Below, in pieces: positions 19,819-30,054 of a stretch of DNA of 64,000 nt. The stretch is from an uncultured Duncaniella sp. (GTDB lineage: Bacteria > Bacteroidota > Bacteroidia > Bacteroidales > Muribaculaceae), in NCBI GenBank assembly GCA_910589485.1, contig CAJUSW010000010.1, forward strand, positions 10,479 to 74,478, in the 5' to 3' direction. How positions within the stretch are numbered: position 1 is the first letter of the stretch; each line of letters begins with the position of its first letter. A program made the position numbers and the translations under genes. Below the pieces are notes generated by a model. That model saw only the letters and a program-made list of their open reading frames with translations, had not been told where the DNA came from and did no database searches.

Positions 19819-20625
19819 ATGAAAACATCCTCGGCTTTAATAACCGTCATCCTTTCCCTCGCTATTGCTTCATGCTCCGCCGGAGGCAACCGTTCAGTAT
19901 CATCTTACGAGCAACTTCCGGACGATGACTACCGTCGTCTCATCGCCAAGGCCATTATGAATGACGATCCCGGGATGTTCGCATCATTGTGCCGGTATCC
20001 TATAGAACGCGAATACCCGCTTCACGATATCGAAGATTCCGCCATGATGGTGAAGTATTTCCCTACACTCGTGGATGATTCCCTCAAGCGTGTCATATCG
20101 GAATCTACCCCTGATGATTGGGGAGAATTTGGATGGCGTGGATCATCGCTCGCCGATGGTGAATACATATGGTGTGACGAGGGTGTGATATATTCTATTC
20201 CTTATCAATCAGCACAGGAGAAATCCATGCTCGATAGCCTCATGCGTTCTTACTATGCCTTCATGCCGTCCCGATATGCCTCGGGTTGGAAACCTGAAAC
20301 ATGTTATACCGACAGTATCGGCACAGTATATCGCATTGACCGAAAAGAAAACGGTGAGGAATACCTGCTGACCACAATCAGGCAAAAAGATGGTGCCATC
20401 GACCTGTCGACTGCGAGGAGCCTGCCCGGAACACTCGAGATCCAGGGTTCGGCAGCTACTCATGTATATTCTTTCAGCGATAACGATTCCACAATATGGA
20501 TGATAATGTACTTCCCCTATGAGGAGGTTACAGTCCTGAGTCGTGAGGGGGACGGACAATCGGATACATCCATTCCGCTGACCAAAGCTTATTGGCATGA
20601 TCTGATCCGCAACAACCCTTCCTGA
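19819..20625 (+). CDS. hypothetical lipoprotein
   Basis: 268 aa. Lipobox LAIASCS. No recognisable domain. Confidence 0.6.
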   Translation: MKTSSALITVILSLAIASCSAGGNRSVSSYEQLPDDDYRRLIAKAIMNDDPGMFASLCRYPIEREYPLHDIEDSAMMVKYFPTLVDDSLKRVISESTPDDWGEFGWRGSSLADGEYIWCDEGVIYSIPYQSAQEKSMLDSLMRSYYAFMPSRYASGWKPETCYTDSIGTVYRIDRKENGEEYLLTTIRQKDGAIDLSTARSLPGTLEIQGSAATHVYSFSDNDSTIWMIMYFPYEEVTVLSREGDGQSDTSIPLTKAYWHDLIRNNPS

Positions 20626-20707
20626 CCGGGATTATATTTGTAGAAACGCTATAGCATTGGGCATAAAAATTAGATGCTGAAACGTCGCATTGTACAATAA
20701 AAATTTG

Positions 20708-20715
20708 TAAATTTG
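20708..20715 (+). promoter_or_regulatory. candidate -7 promoter box (TAnnTTTG) for riboswitch 1
   Basis: TAAATTTG immediately upstream of the riboswitch. Confidence 0.4.
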
Positions 20716-20890
20716 CACCGCATTTAGGTGAATCGGCAACACATATGCCGGTGAGAGGGAATCCGGTGAGAATCCGGGACAGTGCCAGCTACTGTAATGC
20801 CCCTAAGTATCTGTCATAAATTATGCCACTTCCATAACGGAGGGAAGGCCGACATGATATGGGCTAAGTCAGGAAACCTGCCTTGATGCG
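20716..20890 (+). promoter_or_regulatory. cobalamin riboswitch (copy 1)
   Basis: Core GAGGGAATCCGGTGAGAATCCGGGACAGTGCC...GCCACT...GGGAAGGC and B12 box AAGTCAGGAAACCTGCC at 20866-20882. It lies upstream of the PepSY-cobUTSC operon. Confidence 0.85.
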
Positions 20891-20928
20891 ATTTGAACGT
20901 GATTATTTCTGGAACAAAATAATTAGTT

Positions 20929-22020
20929 GTGAATAAAAAAATATTCAGACTTTTACATCTGTGGCTATCGGTCCCATTGGGATTGATAATAGTTTTATTG
21001 TGTCTATCAGGGGCTGTTTTGCTTTTTGAACGGGATTTTGGCCATCTCGGACAGGCAAATGTGAATAGCAACGGGCATCAACCGCTCCCGCTTGATTCCA
21101 TTCTTTCATGCGCTGATAATTACTTGGCAGGGAAGAATAAGATTGTCGGTGTAACCATATATCCCGATTCGGAGCACGCATATAAAGTAATGTTGGCAAA
21201 ACCTGCCATGGCCGCCCTATGGGTAGATCAATATACCGGAGAAGTATTAGGCAAATATGACCGGGCAAAGATATTCAAACTTGCCAGTGCCGCTCACCGT
21301 CGCCTTTTCGGCAAGTCAAAAGCTGAGGGTGCCTATGGTGCAAAATTGGGAATACTTATATTAGGTATATCGACGGTCGGATTATTCTTTATCATTATCT
21401 CAGGCTTCATAGTCTGGTGGCCGGCTAAAGGTGGATGGCATGACAAACTCAGGATCTCATCTAAGCACGGTTCCTACAGGTTATGGTATGACATTCATTG
21501 CATCGGCGGTGTCGCGAGTTCTCTCATACTCGTTGTGTGCATCCTCACCGGATTAAATTGGTCGTTCGGATGGTATAAAAGTGCTTTCTATACAACTTTA
21601 GGCAGCGAAGTGGCCCGGACATCAAGCCATAAGACTCCGGCCGAAAATTTCACGGCATGGGAAAATGCCTACCGAAACATCGTGGCTACCAATCGTGACA
21701 AAGAAATCAGGGTCTATCAAGGCGAGATTGATATTGTGGTAGGTGGAATCGGAAATCAGCAAGCACTCGATACATATGTGTATGATGCCTCAACAGGTGA
21801 CATTGACAATGTCCTGACCTATTCCGACAAGGAACGGTCCGGCCATATCAAAGGTTGGATATACACTCTCCATGTCGGATCATGGATGGGATGGCTGTCC
21901 CGGATAATTTATCTGATATGTGTTCTGATTGGTGCCACACTCCCCGTCACCGGATATTACCTTTGGTATAAGAGAGTGTCCATGAGTTCATCTAAACGAT
22001 CATGCGTGAAGAAAAAATGA
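20929..22020 (+). CDS. PepSY-associated TM-helix protein (PiuB/FoxB/XusC-like)
   Basis: 363 aa with an apparent GTG start. N-terminus (M)NKKIFRLLHLWLSVPLGLIIVLLCLSGAVLLFE is paralogous to the protein at 62069-63319. The C-terminal motif IKGWIYTLHVGSW is shared as well. The stop overlaps the cobU start (ATGA). Confidence 0.8.
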   Translation: MNKKIFRLLHLWLSVPLGLIIVLLCLSGAVLLFERDFGHLGQANVNSNGHQPLPLDSILSCADNYLAGKNKIVGVTIYPDSEHAYKVMLAKPAMAALWVDQYTGEVLGKYDRAKIFKLASAAHRRLFGKSKAEGAYGAKLGILILGISTVGLFFIIISGFIVWWPAKGGWHDKLRISSKHGSYRLWYDIHCIGGVASSLILVVCILTGLNWSFGWYKSAFYTTLGSEVARTSSHKTPAENFTAWENAYRNIVATNRDKEIRVYQGEIDIVVGGIGNQQALDTYVYDASTGDIDNVLTYSDKERSGHIKGWIYTLHVGSWMGWLSRIIYLICVLIGATLPVTGYYLWYKRVSMSSSKRSCVKKK

Positions 22021-22535
22021 AGGCCCGTTTTATCATGGTGACTGGAGGCCAACGGAGCGGAAAAAGTGTTTTTGCCGAAACTCTGGCCCTTCAGATGTCA
22101 CCTCACCCCACATATCTTGCCACGGCCAAGGTCATGGATGAGGAAATGGCCCGACGGGTGGCTATCCATAAGGACAGACGTAAAGAGATTTGGCGGAATA
22201 TTGAATCTCCACTTGAGGTGAAAGGAATCGATTTCACTGACAATGAAGTGGTGTTGATCGACTGCCTCACACTCTGGGCCACCAACTGGTTCTTTGAACG
22301 TAATGAGAATGTGGAAGATTCTTTAACCGCTCTCCGGGATCAGATTGAATGGCTGATGACCTGCAACACGACTTTTATAGTTGTGACAAACGAAGTAGGA
22401 CTCGGCGGAGTGAGTTGCAATAGCATGCAACGTAGATTCGCCGATCTTCAAGGCTATATAAACCAGCTTGTCGCATCGATTGCTGAAGAAGTATATCTAA
22501 TAGTATCCGGTATTCCGGTTAAAATCAAAGGATGA
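22017..22535 (+). CDS. cobU: adenosylcobinamide kinase / adenosylcobinamide-phosphate guanylyltransferase
   Basis: Start at [21 protein letters not shown] (P-loop), about 172 aa. Confidence 0.9.
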   Translation: MKARFIMVTGGQRSGKSVFAETLALQMSPHPTYLATAKVMDEEMARRVAIHKDRRKEIWRNIESPLEVKGIDFTDNEVVLIDCLTLWATNWFFERNENVEDSLTALRDQIEWLMTCNTTFIVVTNEVGLGGVSCNSMQRRFADLQGYINQLVASIAEEVYLIVSGIPVKIKG

Positions 22536-22542
22536 TAAAATC

Positions 22543-23580
22543 ATGAAAACATTTGCCATCAAGCCGATTGATCGCTCAATCGAGGATGAGATAATCAATA
22601 AGATCGACAACCTGACCAAGCCGAAAGGTTCTTTGGGCCGTCTGGAGGAATTAGCGTTACGGATATGTCTGATCCAGCATACTTCCACCCCTGAGCTAAA
22701 GAACCCTCATAACGTCTTGTTTGCAGGTGATCATGGTATTCTTGATGAGGGTGTGAGTGTTTCTCCCAAGGAGGTGACATGGCAACAACTCAGTCATTTC
22801 TCAAAAGGTGGGGCCGGAATCAACTTCCTGTGTAATCAGCATGGATTTAGGCTTGTGCTTGTGGATGCCGGAGTTGACTACGATATCCCGGCCGGACACG
22901 GTATTATCGACATGAAAGTGCGCCGTGGCACCCGCAATTTCCTACACGGTCCGGCAATGACTCTCGAAGAGTTCGATCAATGCGTGGAGAGAGGGGCACA
23001 GGTCGTCAGGGAGATTCATTCCGAGGGTTGCAATGTGATAAGTTTCGGTGAGATGGGCAGTGGCAACACGTCACCGTCAGCAATGTGGATGTACTGTTTC
23101 ACAGGTATTGACCTGAAAAGATGTATCGGAGCCGGCGCCGGTCTCGACAACGCCGGGATTCGCCATAAATATGAAGTGCTGTCGCAAGCCGCGGCCAATT
23201 ATAGTGGCGACGATATCCCCGAATCCAAAATAGCCTGGTTCGGTGGACTTGAGATGGCCATGGCACTGGGCGGAATGTTGCAGGCAGCCGAGCTCGGGAT
23301 GCTTATTATTGTCGATGGGTTTATCATGACAAGCGTAATCCTCGCCGCGTCTCAACTTTACCCGGCCGTGATGGAGTATGCGGTATTCGGCCATCAGGGG
23401 GATGAATCGGGTCACAAACTCATGCTCGAAGCCATGAATGTCAAAGCCATTCTCCACCTCGATCTCAGACTTGGAGAGGGTTCCGGAGCTGTGTGCGCCT
23501 ACCCTATCCTCGAATCGGCAGTGAGAATGATCAATCACATGGACAGCTTTCAATCGGTCAATGTGACCAAATACTTCTGA
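22543..23580 (+). CDS. cobT: nicotinate-nucleotide--dimethylbenzimidazole phosphoribosyltransferase
   Basis: 345 aa. [15 protein letters not shown] and GEMGSGNTS motifs. Confidence 0.93.
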   Translation: MKTFAIKPIDRSIEDEIINKIDNLTKPKGSLGRLEELALRICLIQHTSTPELKNPHNVLFAGDHGILDEGVSVSPKEVTWQQLSHFSKGGAGINFLCNQHGFRLVLVDAGVDYDIPAGHGIIDMKVRRGTRNFLHGPAMTLEEFDQCVERGAQVVREIHSEGCNVISFGEMGSGNTSPSAMWMYCFTGIDLKRCIGAGAGLDNAGIRHKYEVLSQAAANYSGDDIPESKIAWFGGLEMAMALGGMLQAAELGMLIIVDGFIMTSVILAASQLYPAVMEYAVFGHQGDESGHKLMLEAMNVKAILHLDLRLGEGSGAVCAYPILESAVRMINHMDSFQSVNVTKYF

Positions 23581-24341
23581 TGAAACATATCGCAGCCGCA
23601 TTTACATTATTTACCCGCATCCCAGTGTGGAAATGGGTAAATATTCCGGCGTCGGCATATTCCACAACAGTAGTTTTCTGGCCGTTGACCGGCTGGGTTA
23701 CAGGAGGCTTCACCGCTCTGGTAATGTATTCGCTCGCCACGCTGATGCCGATGTTCCCGGCAGTCGTGACATCGTTGCTGTTCAAATTACTGCTTACCGG
23801 AGCTTTGCATGAGGACGGGCTCGCCGACTTCTGTGATGGATTTGGCGGTGGACGTGACAAGGAGAGCATTCTCCGCATAATGAAAGACTCGCATATCGGC
23901 ACCTATGGTGTGATCGGATTGATATGCTATTTCCTATTGATTGTAGGGTTGCTCACATCGTTACCGCCGGTTTTGGCAGCCACAGTAATTTTCTCCGCCG
24001 ATCCATTCTCTAAATTATGTGCCTCTCAACTGACCAATAGTCTTCCCTATGCGCGTCCCGAAGGAGCAAAGAATAAGATCTCTTACGCCAGGATGTCATG
24101 GCGACAGATAATCTTGAACCTGACGTTCGGCATATTACCTGTAACATTGCTTGGCGTTATCATGCCTTGTGCATTATCAGGACTGTTATTCCCGTTGTTG
24201 AGTTGTTATGCCCTCAGCCTTTTGATGAAGAGGCGCATTGGTGGCTATACGGGCGATTGTTGCGGGGCCACCTATCTTATATGTGAGGTGTCAATGATAT
24301 TCGGCATTGTTTTGATAAATGGGATATGCGCCTTGTTCTGA
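23580..24341 (+). CDS. cobS: adenosylcobinamide-GDP ribazoletransferase (cobalamin synthase)
   Basis: Start at [16 protein letters not shown], overlapping the cobT stop by 1 nt. Multi-TM protein with the motif HEDGLADFCDG. Confidence 0.9.
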   Translation: MKHIAAAFTLFTRIPVWKWVNIPASAYSTTVVFWPLTGWVTGGFTALVMYSLATLMPMFPAVVTSLLFKLLLTGALHEDGLADFCDGFGGGRDKESILRIMKDSHIGTYGVIGLICYFLLIVGLLTSLPPVLAATVIFSADPFSKLCASQLTNSLPYARPEGAKNKISYARMSWRQIILNLTFGILPVTLLGVIMPCALSGLLFPLLSCYALSLLMKRRIGGYTGDCCGATYLICEVSMIFGIVLINGICALF

Positions 24342-24856
24342 TACGACATACTTCAGTGGCTGTGCCTCGTGGCATCTGCTACGGGCAAACCGATGTGCCA
24401 CTTGCCGACAGTTTCCCCGATGAAGCAACTATGGTGAAACAGCGATTGTCGAGATATCACTTTGACTGTGTGTACAGCAGTCCCCTTTCCCGCTGTGTGA
24501 AGCTCGCACGTTTCTGTGGCTACAGCAATCCGGTTACTGATCCAAGACTCCTGGAGATTAACTTTGGAGAATGGGAAATGAAACGTTATGACGAAATAAC
24601 CGATCCGAAATTACAACAATGGTATGATGACTACATCAATGTAGCTCCCCCCGGAGGCGAATCTGTCATGGATCAGCGAAAACGTTTCCTGGCATTTATC
24701 GATGATATGAAAAGAGTGCCGGGCAATGAGTGTATCGGCATATTCACGCATGGAGGAATCCTTATAAATGCGCTTGTTGCTTTAGGTGGCAAGTCTTATG
24801 CGCAAGTATATGAGGATATTCCTCCATACGGATCTATAATAGAGATAGATATTTGA
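24326..24856 (+). CDS. cobC: alpha-ribazole phosphatase (histidine phosphatase family)
   Basis: 176 aa. LIRHT catalytic motif, YGQTDVPL, and the position after cobS. Confidence 0.8.
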   Translation: MRLVLIRHTSVAVPRGICYGQTDVPLADSFPDEATMVKQRLSRYHFDCVYSSPLSRCVKLARFCGYSNPVTDPRLLEINFGEWEMKRYDEITDPKLQQWYDDYINVAPPGGESVMDQRKRFLAFIDDMKRVPGNECIGIFTHGGILINALVALGGKSYAQVYEDIPPYGSIIEIDI

Positions 24857-25766
24857 TTGCGACAATTATAATAATTGCCGCAATCTCAACCTTTCGGTTA
24901 ATTGCTGTGGCTTTTAACACATCAGCATAGTTGAAATCACGTTCCGTCTCGCCGATAAAAGGCTTGTACACACATTCCCCGAAATAGTCGTGCGGACCTC
25001 CGAAACGACAATCAAGTATTCCGGCCAAAGCCGCTTCAGGATAACCGCTGTTGGGGCTCGCGTGCTGTGACCCATAACGTCTCACAAAACTTAACAGATT
25101 CATTCTTCCCGATACAAGTATCATGAGCAGAGCTGTCAGTCGTGCCGGAATGTAGTTGGCCGCATCGTCAATACGCGCGGCTACCATCCCGAAATCACGG
25201 TAACGGTCGTTCTTATAACCTATCATCGAATCGAGAGTGTTCACCATCTTGTAGGCCATCATGCCGGGGATACCGAGGACGGCATACCAGAACAACGGTG
25301 CTATAACTCCGTCGCTCAAATTTTCGGCAAGAGTCTCAAGTGCGGCTGTACGGATTTCATTTGCTGACAAACTACCCGTGTCGCGCCCTACGATACGCCC
25401 TACTTGAATCCGTCCGTTCTCAATGGATATATCAACAGCCTTGAACACCATTATCACTTCATGTATAAGCGTGGTTCCGGCGAGGCAGAAAAATATCATA
25501 ACAGTACTGACTATGATATCAAGCCAAGCGTATGGCGAGACCAATCTTATGATCCACCATGTGAGCAGATACGTCAACGCTATAAGCACCACGGCTGTGA
25601 CTCCCCCTTTGTAGCGTCGCCGGCTTCCTCTATTGAATTTATGCTCACATATGCTGATTGCCCGGCCAAACCAAATGACCGGATGCGACAGCCATGCGGG
25701 ATCGCCGAGTAGGATATCGAGTCCCCATGCAACAAGCAAGGGAACTATCGAGATAATAAAGTCCAT
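24834..25766 (-). CDS. cbiB: adenosylcobinamide-phosphate synthase
   Basis: 310 aa membrane protein. GDPAWLSHPVIWFGR and SPNSGYPEAA motifs. Confidence 0.9.
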   Translation of the reverse strand: MDFIISIVPLLVAWGLDILLGDPAWLSHPVIWFGRAISICEHKFNRGSRRRYKGGVTAVVLIALTYLLTWWIIRLVSPYAWLDIIVSTVMIFFCLAGTTLIHEVIMVFKAVDISIENGRIQVGRIVGRDTGSLSANEIRTAALETLAENLSDGVIAPLFWYAVLGIPGMMAYKMVNTLDSMIGYKNDRYRDFGMVAARIDDAANYIPARLTALLMILVSGRMNLLSFVRRYGSQHASPNSGYPEAALAGILDCRFGGPHDYFGECVYKPFIGETERDFNYADVLKATAINRKVEIAAIIIIVAIKYLSLL

Positions 25767-26761
25767 TCTTTAAGAGCATTAATGAGGTTGATGTTCTCGT
25801 TCCGGCTTTGAGCTGCGACACGAAAATGTCGGGATGTCAGCCCCTCAAAATTCGACGCATCACGAATAAGGATTCCATGATTGTCAATGAGCCAATCCTT
25901 AAGTTCTGCGGCTGTTCTGTCAGGCAATTGCGCGAGGATAAAATTACAATCCGTATCACACACCTTGAGCCCTATACTGCGCATCATCTCGGCGAGGCGC
26001 GTGGCCTCGGCATGAAGCTCACACGCATCAATCCGGTAATGAGATGCATTATCAATAAGATATAACGCGGATTCGATTGCGACTGTATTAACTGACCATG
26101 GTATGCGCATTGATCGCACCCGGCTTATTACCGCTTCATCACCGATGGCATAGCCAATGCGAAGACCGGGCACGATAAATCGTTTTGTAAGCGAATGAAG
26201 CATTACTATATTCTTTCGGGCCATTACGTCCGATACCGATAGCACATCCTTGACCGAATATGCCATATATGCCTGGTCTATGATAAACAGTATATCGGGA
26301 TTATTGTCAATAACTCTCAGTAGCTCAGATCGGTCATATACAATACCGGTGGGATTGTTGGGATTACATAGCCAAACCATATCAAATCCTTTCCGGATCT
26401 CATTGATTGTCGCGATGAATCCCACCGAGTGATTAAACAGTCCGCAAGCATCCTGATATTCCCGAAACGTGGGTGAGATTATTGCCGAACGACTGCCGGC
26501 GAAAGCATGAGCCAACAGGTAGATAGCTTCAGTAGCTCCATTGGTCACAATGACATTCTCTGCCTCTACACCATGCACATCCGCGAGTTTCTGCTCCACT
26601 CTCCGAGGCTCAGGCTCCGGATAATTCCTGAATATATCTCCTTGTTTGGAAAGATGCTCCAATAGGCCCGAATGATCAACACTCTGGGGTATGTTCGTAC
26701 TGAAATTGATCCTTATCTTTCCGCCGTAGCGAAATATATCGTCTCCGTGTCCGTCAATCAT
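25745..26761 (-). CDS. cobD: threonine-phosphate decarboxylase (class I/II aminotransferase fold)
   Basis: 338 aa. N-terminus HGDDIFRYGG, PLP-lysine region SLTKRF, and the position between cobQ and cbiB. Confidence 0.8.
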   Translation of the reverse strand: MIDGHGDDIFRYGGKIRINFSTNIPQSVDHSGLLEHLSKQGDIFRNYPEPEPRRVEQKLADVHGVEAENVIVTNGATEAIYLLAHAFAGSRSAIISPTFREYQDACGLFNHSVGFIATINEIRKGFDMVWLCNPNNPTGIVYDRSELLRVIDNNPDILFIIDQAYMAYSVKDVLSVSDVMARKNIVMLHSLTKRFIVPGLRIGYAIGDEAVISRVRSMRIPWSVNTVAIESALYLIDNASHYRIDACELHAEATRLAEMMRSIGLKVCDTDCNFILAQLPDRTAAELKDWLIDNHGILIRDASNFEGLTSRHFRVAAQSRNENINLINALKEWTLLSR

Positions 26762-28223
26762 TGCGTCCCATTATTTTGTATAGTTCCGGAATATCGATAT
26801 ACTGGCGCAACCATTGTGCCAGGAGGTCATACTGCTCATTCTTGAATGATTCGGCATCAAAATCTACCATATCGCCCCTATCCTCAAACGGACTCAATAT
26901 GAAGTCTATCACAGCCGGATTGTCAAGAATACCATGTACATAACTGCCAAAACATTTCCCGTCAACCATGCACCCCTCACGCGTTCCGTCGGGAAATGCG
27001 ATAAACGGATGAGCGGTCACTGTCCTGCCCATATGGATTTCGTAGCCTCGACAGGTCCGGTTATCGTCCATAAACCGGAAATCGATCTGTCGCGTAGTTT
27101 TCTCCCCCGACATTTCAGTGTCGACAGGGAGCAAACCGAGACCGGGCAAACGATCGATCGATCCCTCCACTCCGTGGGGATCACTCACCCACTCCCCCAT
27201 CATCTGATATCCGCCACAAATTCCTATGATAGTCTTCCCATCCTTTCTGGCCTGACATATGGCATTGGCAAGACCGCGTTTCCTAATGTCAAGCAGATCA
27301 TCAAGAGTGTTCTTGCTTCCGGGCAGAATCACAATATCAGCGTCGGTCAGATCTTCAGGCGTATCCGCGTAGAACAGATTTACTTGTGGATAGCGTTCGA
27401 GTATATTGAAATCGGTGAAATTGGATATGTGTTTCAACAACACCACGGCGACATTGATCTTGTCGTGCATGGCATGGCGGTCTTTTTGTCCGAGCGCAAC
27501 AGAATCCTCCTCATCAATATGTATATGCGTAGCCATCGGGACTACTCCAAGTACAGGAACTCCACATATGTTTTCCAATATCTTCCGCCCTTCCTCAAAT
27601 AAGCGCAGATCCCCGCGAAATTTATTTATGATTATACCTTTGATCCTTTTTTTGTCCTCCGGTTCCTGTAACATGATCGAGCCATATGCGCTTGCAAATA
27701 CTCCCCCACGGTCAATGTCGGCAACCAGTATGACCTTGGCATTGGCATAACGAGCCATCGACATATTCACAATGTCACCGTCGCGTAAATTCAATTCCGA
27801 GATGCTTCCGGCTCCTTCCATTACTACAGGATTGAACCGTGAGGCAAGACGGTCGAAGGCCTGATGAGCGATCACCCGCAATTCATTCTTACCTTCCTTA
27901 CGAAAATAGCTGTAAGCATCCCGGTTGCCACACGGCTTTCCGTTCAACACCACTTGCGATGTATGCTCCCCCGATGGCTTCAACAATATCGGATTCATGT
28001 CAACTGAACATGGGATTCCCGCCGCCTCAGCTTGTACAGCCTGTGCTCTGCCTATCTCCAGGCCATCAGGGGTTGCATATGAATTGAGTGCCATATTCTG
28101 TGCCTTGAATGGAGCAGGGTGATAGCCGTCGTGCAGGAAAATACGGCACAGTCCGGTGGCGATCAGGCTTTTGCCTACATCGCTTCCGGTTCCGGCCAAC
28201 ATTATAGGTGATAATTCTCTCAT
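26754..28223 (-). CDS. cobQ: cobyric acid synthase
   Basis: 489 aa. GTGSDVGKS P-loop, FKAQNMALNS, and C-terminal GATase ICGGYQMMG. Confidence 0.93.
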   Translation of the reverse strand: MRELSPIMLAGTGSDVGKSLIATGLCRIFLHDGYHPAPFKAQNMALNSYATPDGLEIGRAQAVQAEAAGIPCSVDMNPILLKPSGEHTSQVVLNGKPCGNRDAYSYFRKEGKNELRVIAHQAFDRLASRFNPVVMEGAGSISELNLRDGDIVNMSMARYANAKVILVADIDRGGVFASAYGSIMLQEPEDKKRIKGIIINKFRGDLRLFEEGRKILENICGVPVLGVVPMATHIHIDEEDSVALGQKDRHAMHDKINVAVVLLKHISNFTDFNILERYPQVNLFYADTPEDLTDADIVILPGSKNTLDDLLDIRKRGLANAICQARKDGKTIIGICGGYQMMGEWVSDPHGVEGSIDRLPGLGLLPVDTEMSGEKTTRQIDFRFMDDNRTCRGYEIHMGRTVTAHPFIAFPDGTREGCMVDGKCFGSYVHGILDNPAVIDFILSPFEDRGDMVDFDAESFKNEQYDLLAQWLRQYIDIPELYKIMGRND

Positions 28224-28789
28224 TTCAGTTTTCTTTTATATCCAAATTCTCTCCATATCTCTTCCCGGCACCCTGAATGTTGAAGTTCCCATCTTGCCAT
28301 GATGAAAAAGAGATCCGAAAGCCGATTGAAGTAACACAATATGATTTCGGGCACTTCGTCCTGATCGTGCAGACTCCATAACCGACGTTCAGCCCTGCGT
28401 GCGAGTACCCGGCATTGATGCAATTGTGCTGCGACAGGAGTCCCGCCGGGTAGAATAAAACTATCTGGTGGCGTACATTCACTATTCAGATCGTCAATCA
28501 GTTTCTCCATTCGTTCCACGGCATCAGGAGCAATACTGTTGGGATTGCTGTGGCGCATTTCACTTTTGGTAGCCACGATACTCATTATTGCCATGAGCTC
28601 CAACTGGATCCCCCTCAATGCAGATTGCCACAGATGCTTTGGCTCTAAAATCGTGCGAAGTATCCCTATGGCCACATTGAGCTCATCGATACATCCGTTT
28701 GCTTCGATCCTTATATCGGTTTTTGCCACCCTATGTCCTCCGTGTATGGCGGTGGTACCCTTGTCTCCGGTTCGTGTATATATTCTCAT
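28220..28789 (-). CDS. PduO-type ATP:cob(I)alamin adenosyltransferase
   Basis: Start moved to MRIYTRTGDKGTT, which gives an ATGA overlap with the cbiA stop. About 189 aa. Confidence 0.88.
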   Translation of the reverse strand: MRIYTRTGDKGTTAIHGGHRVAKTDIRIEANGCIDELNVAIGILRTILEPKHLWQSALRGIQLELMAIMSIVATKSEMRHSNPNSIAPDAVERMEKLIDDLNSECTPPDSFILPGGTPVAAQLHQCRVLARRAERRLWSLHDQDEVPEIILCYFNRLSDLFFIMARWELQHSGCREEIWREFGYKRKLK

Positions 28790-30054
28790 TGCTCCCAAAG
28801 TTTTAAAATGTCGGACTCTGCCCAATAAAGGTGCGTGTATCCTGCTATTGTGTTCTTATATCTGTAAACCGGAGTATTGACCTTACGCATTTTAACGTTC
28901 GACTGCGTGGCGATACTTCTCTCCGGCTGAGGATCGATGATATGGGAATAGTGGAATTCGTGGCCCCTTAATGTGATACCCGGAAATTTAACCGTCCGGT
29001 ATCCCAGTGATAATGAACTATCCTTCATAGTTGCTTTCAAGGGGAAAACTCCACACATCTCATATCCGTCAATCTCATCACATAGATAAATCAGTCCGCC
29101 ACATTCTCCCAAAATCCGGCCTCCCCTCTCGGCAAACTCCTTTATCTCACGCTTTAGAGAATGATTCAAGGCGAGTTTGTCGGCATAAAGTTCCGGATAT
29201 CCCCCCGGGAGATACACCATATCAGCCTCCGGGAGATGCTCATCATGCAAGGGGGAGAAATACCGGATTTCTCCAAACGCCTTTAGATTGACCGGATAGA
29301 TAAAGCTGAATGCCTCGTCGCGTGCCACGGCCACAGTAATATCATGAGGCTTGGGTAGATATAATTCTTCCGGCACATTTGTCAAACGGGTTGACGACAA
29401 TAATCGGTCAATCTCCACCGTATTCTGAACTTCATCGGCCGCAAGATCAATAAACTGGTTCATCTCTTGGCGTGAAGATAATGTTAGCCCCAGATGTCGT
29501 GATGGTGTCTGAAGCTTTTCATTCTTTCTTATATAGCCGAAACACTCTACCCCGACATCCTCACACGCTTTCCTCAGATACGAATAATGATTCTCCGATG
29601 CAACACGATTGAATATCACTCCTGCTACTTTGACGTCGGGACAGAAATGTGTGAATCCGAAAATAGTGGCTGCTACCGAATAAGCTGTAGAGGCGGCATT
29701 TATGAGCAATATCACCGGTATATCAAGAACACGTGCAACATCGGCGCTACTCCCCTTCATCTTATCAAACCCGTCAAACATCCCCATCACTCCCTCTACG
29801 ATACTCACGTCTGCTTCACAGGAATAATGACCGAATAGGGACCGCACATGCGACTCAGAAGCCATGAACAAGTCAAGATTGATCGCCTCGTTATCAGCCG
29901 CTATAGTCTGGAATTGTGTGTCAATATAATCGGGCCCACATTTGAACGGTCGCACATGCTTCCCCGTGCGGACAAGTGCACGCATCAAGCCGAGCGATAA
30001 TGTGGTCTTTCCACACCCCGAGGATGTGGCTGCTATTAGAAACGCTGATTTCAT
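28786..30054 (-). CDS. cbiA: cobyrinate a,c-diamide synthase
   Basis: 422 aa. SSGCGKTT P-loop, FKCGPDYID, and C-terminal GATase ECGGLIYL. Confidence 0.9.
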   Translation of the reverse strand: MKSAFLIAATSSGCGKTTLSLGLMRALVRTGKHVRPFKCGPDYIDTQFQTIAADNEAINLDLFMASESHVRSLFGHYSCEADVSIVEGVMGMFDGFDKMKGSSADVARVLDIPVILLINAASTAYSVAATIFGFTHFCPDVKVAGVIFNRVASENHYSYLRKACEDVGVECFGYIRKNEKLQTPSRHLGLTLSSRQEMNQFIDLAADEVQNTVEIDRLLSSTRLTNVPEELYLPKPHDITVAVARDEAFSFIYPVNLKAFGEIRYFSPLHDEHLPEADMVYLPGGYPELYADKLALNHSLKREIKEFAERGGRILGECGGLIYLCDEIDGYEMCGVFPLKATMKDSSLSLGYRTVKFPGITLRGHEFHYSHIIDPQPERSIATQSNVKMRKVNTPVYRYKNTIAGYTHLYWAESDILKLWEQ

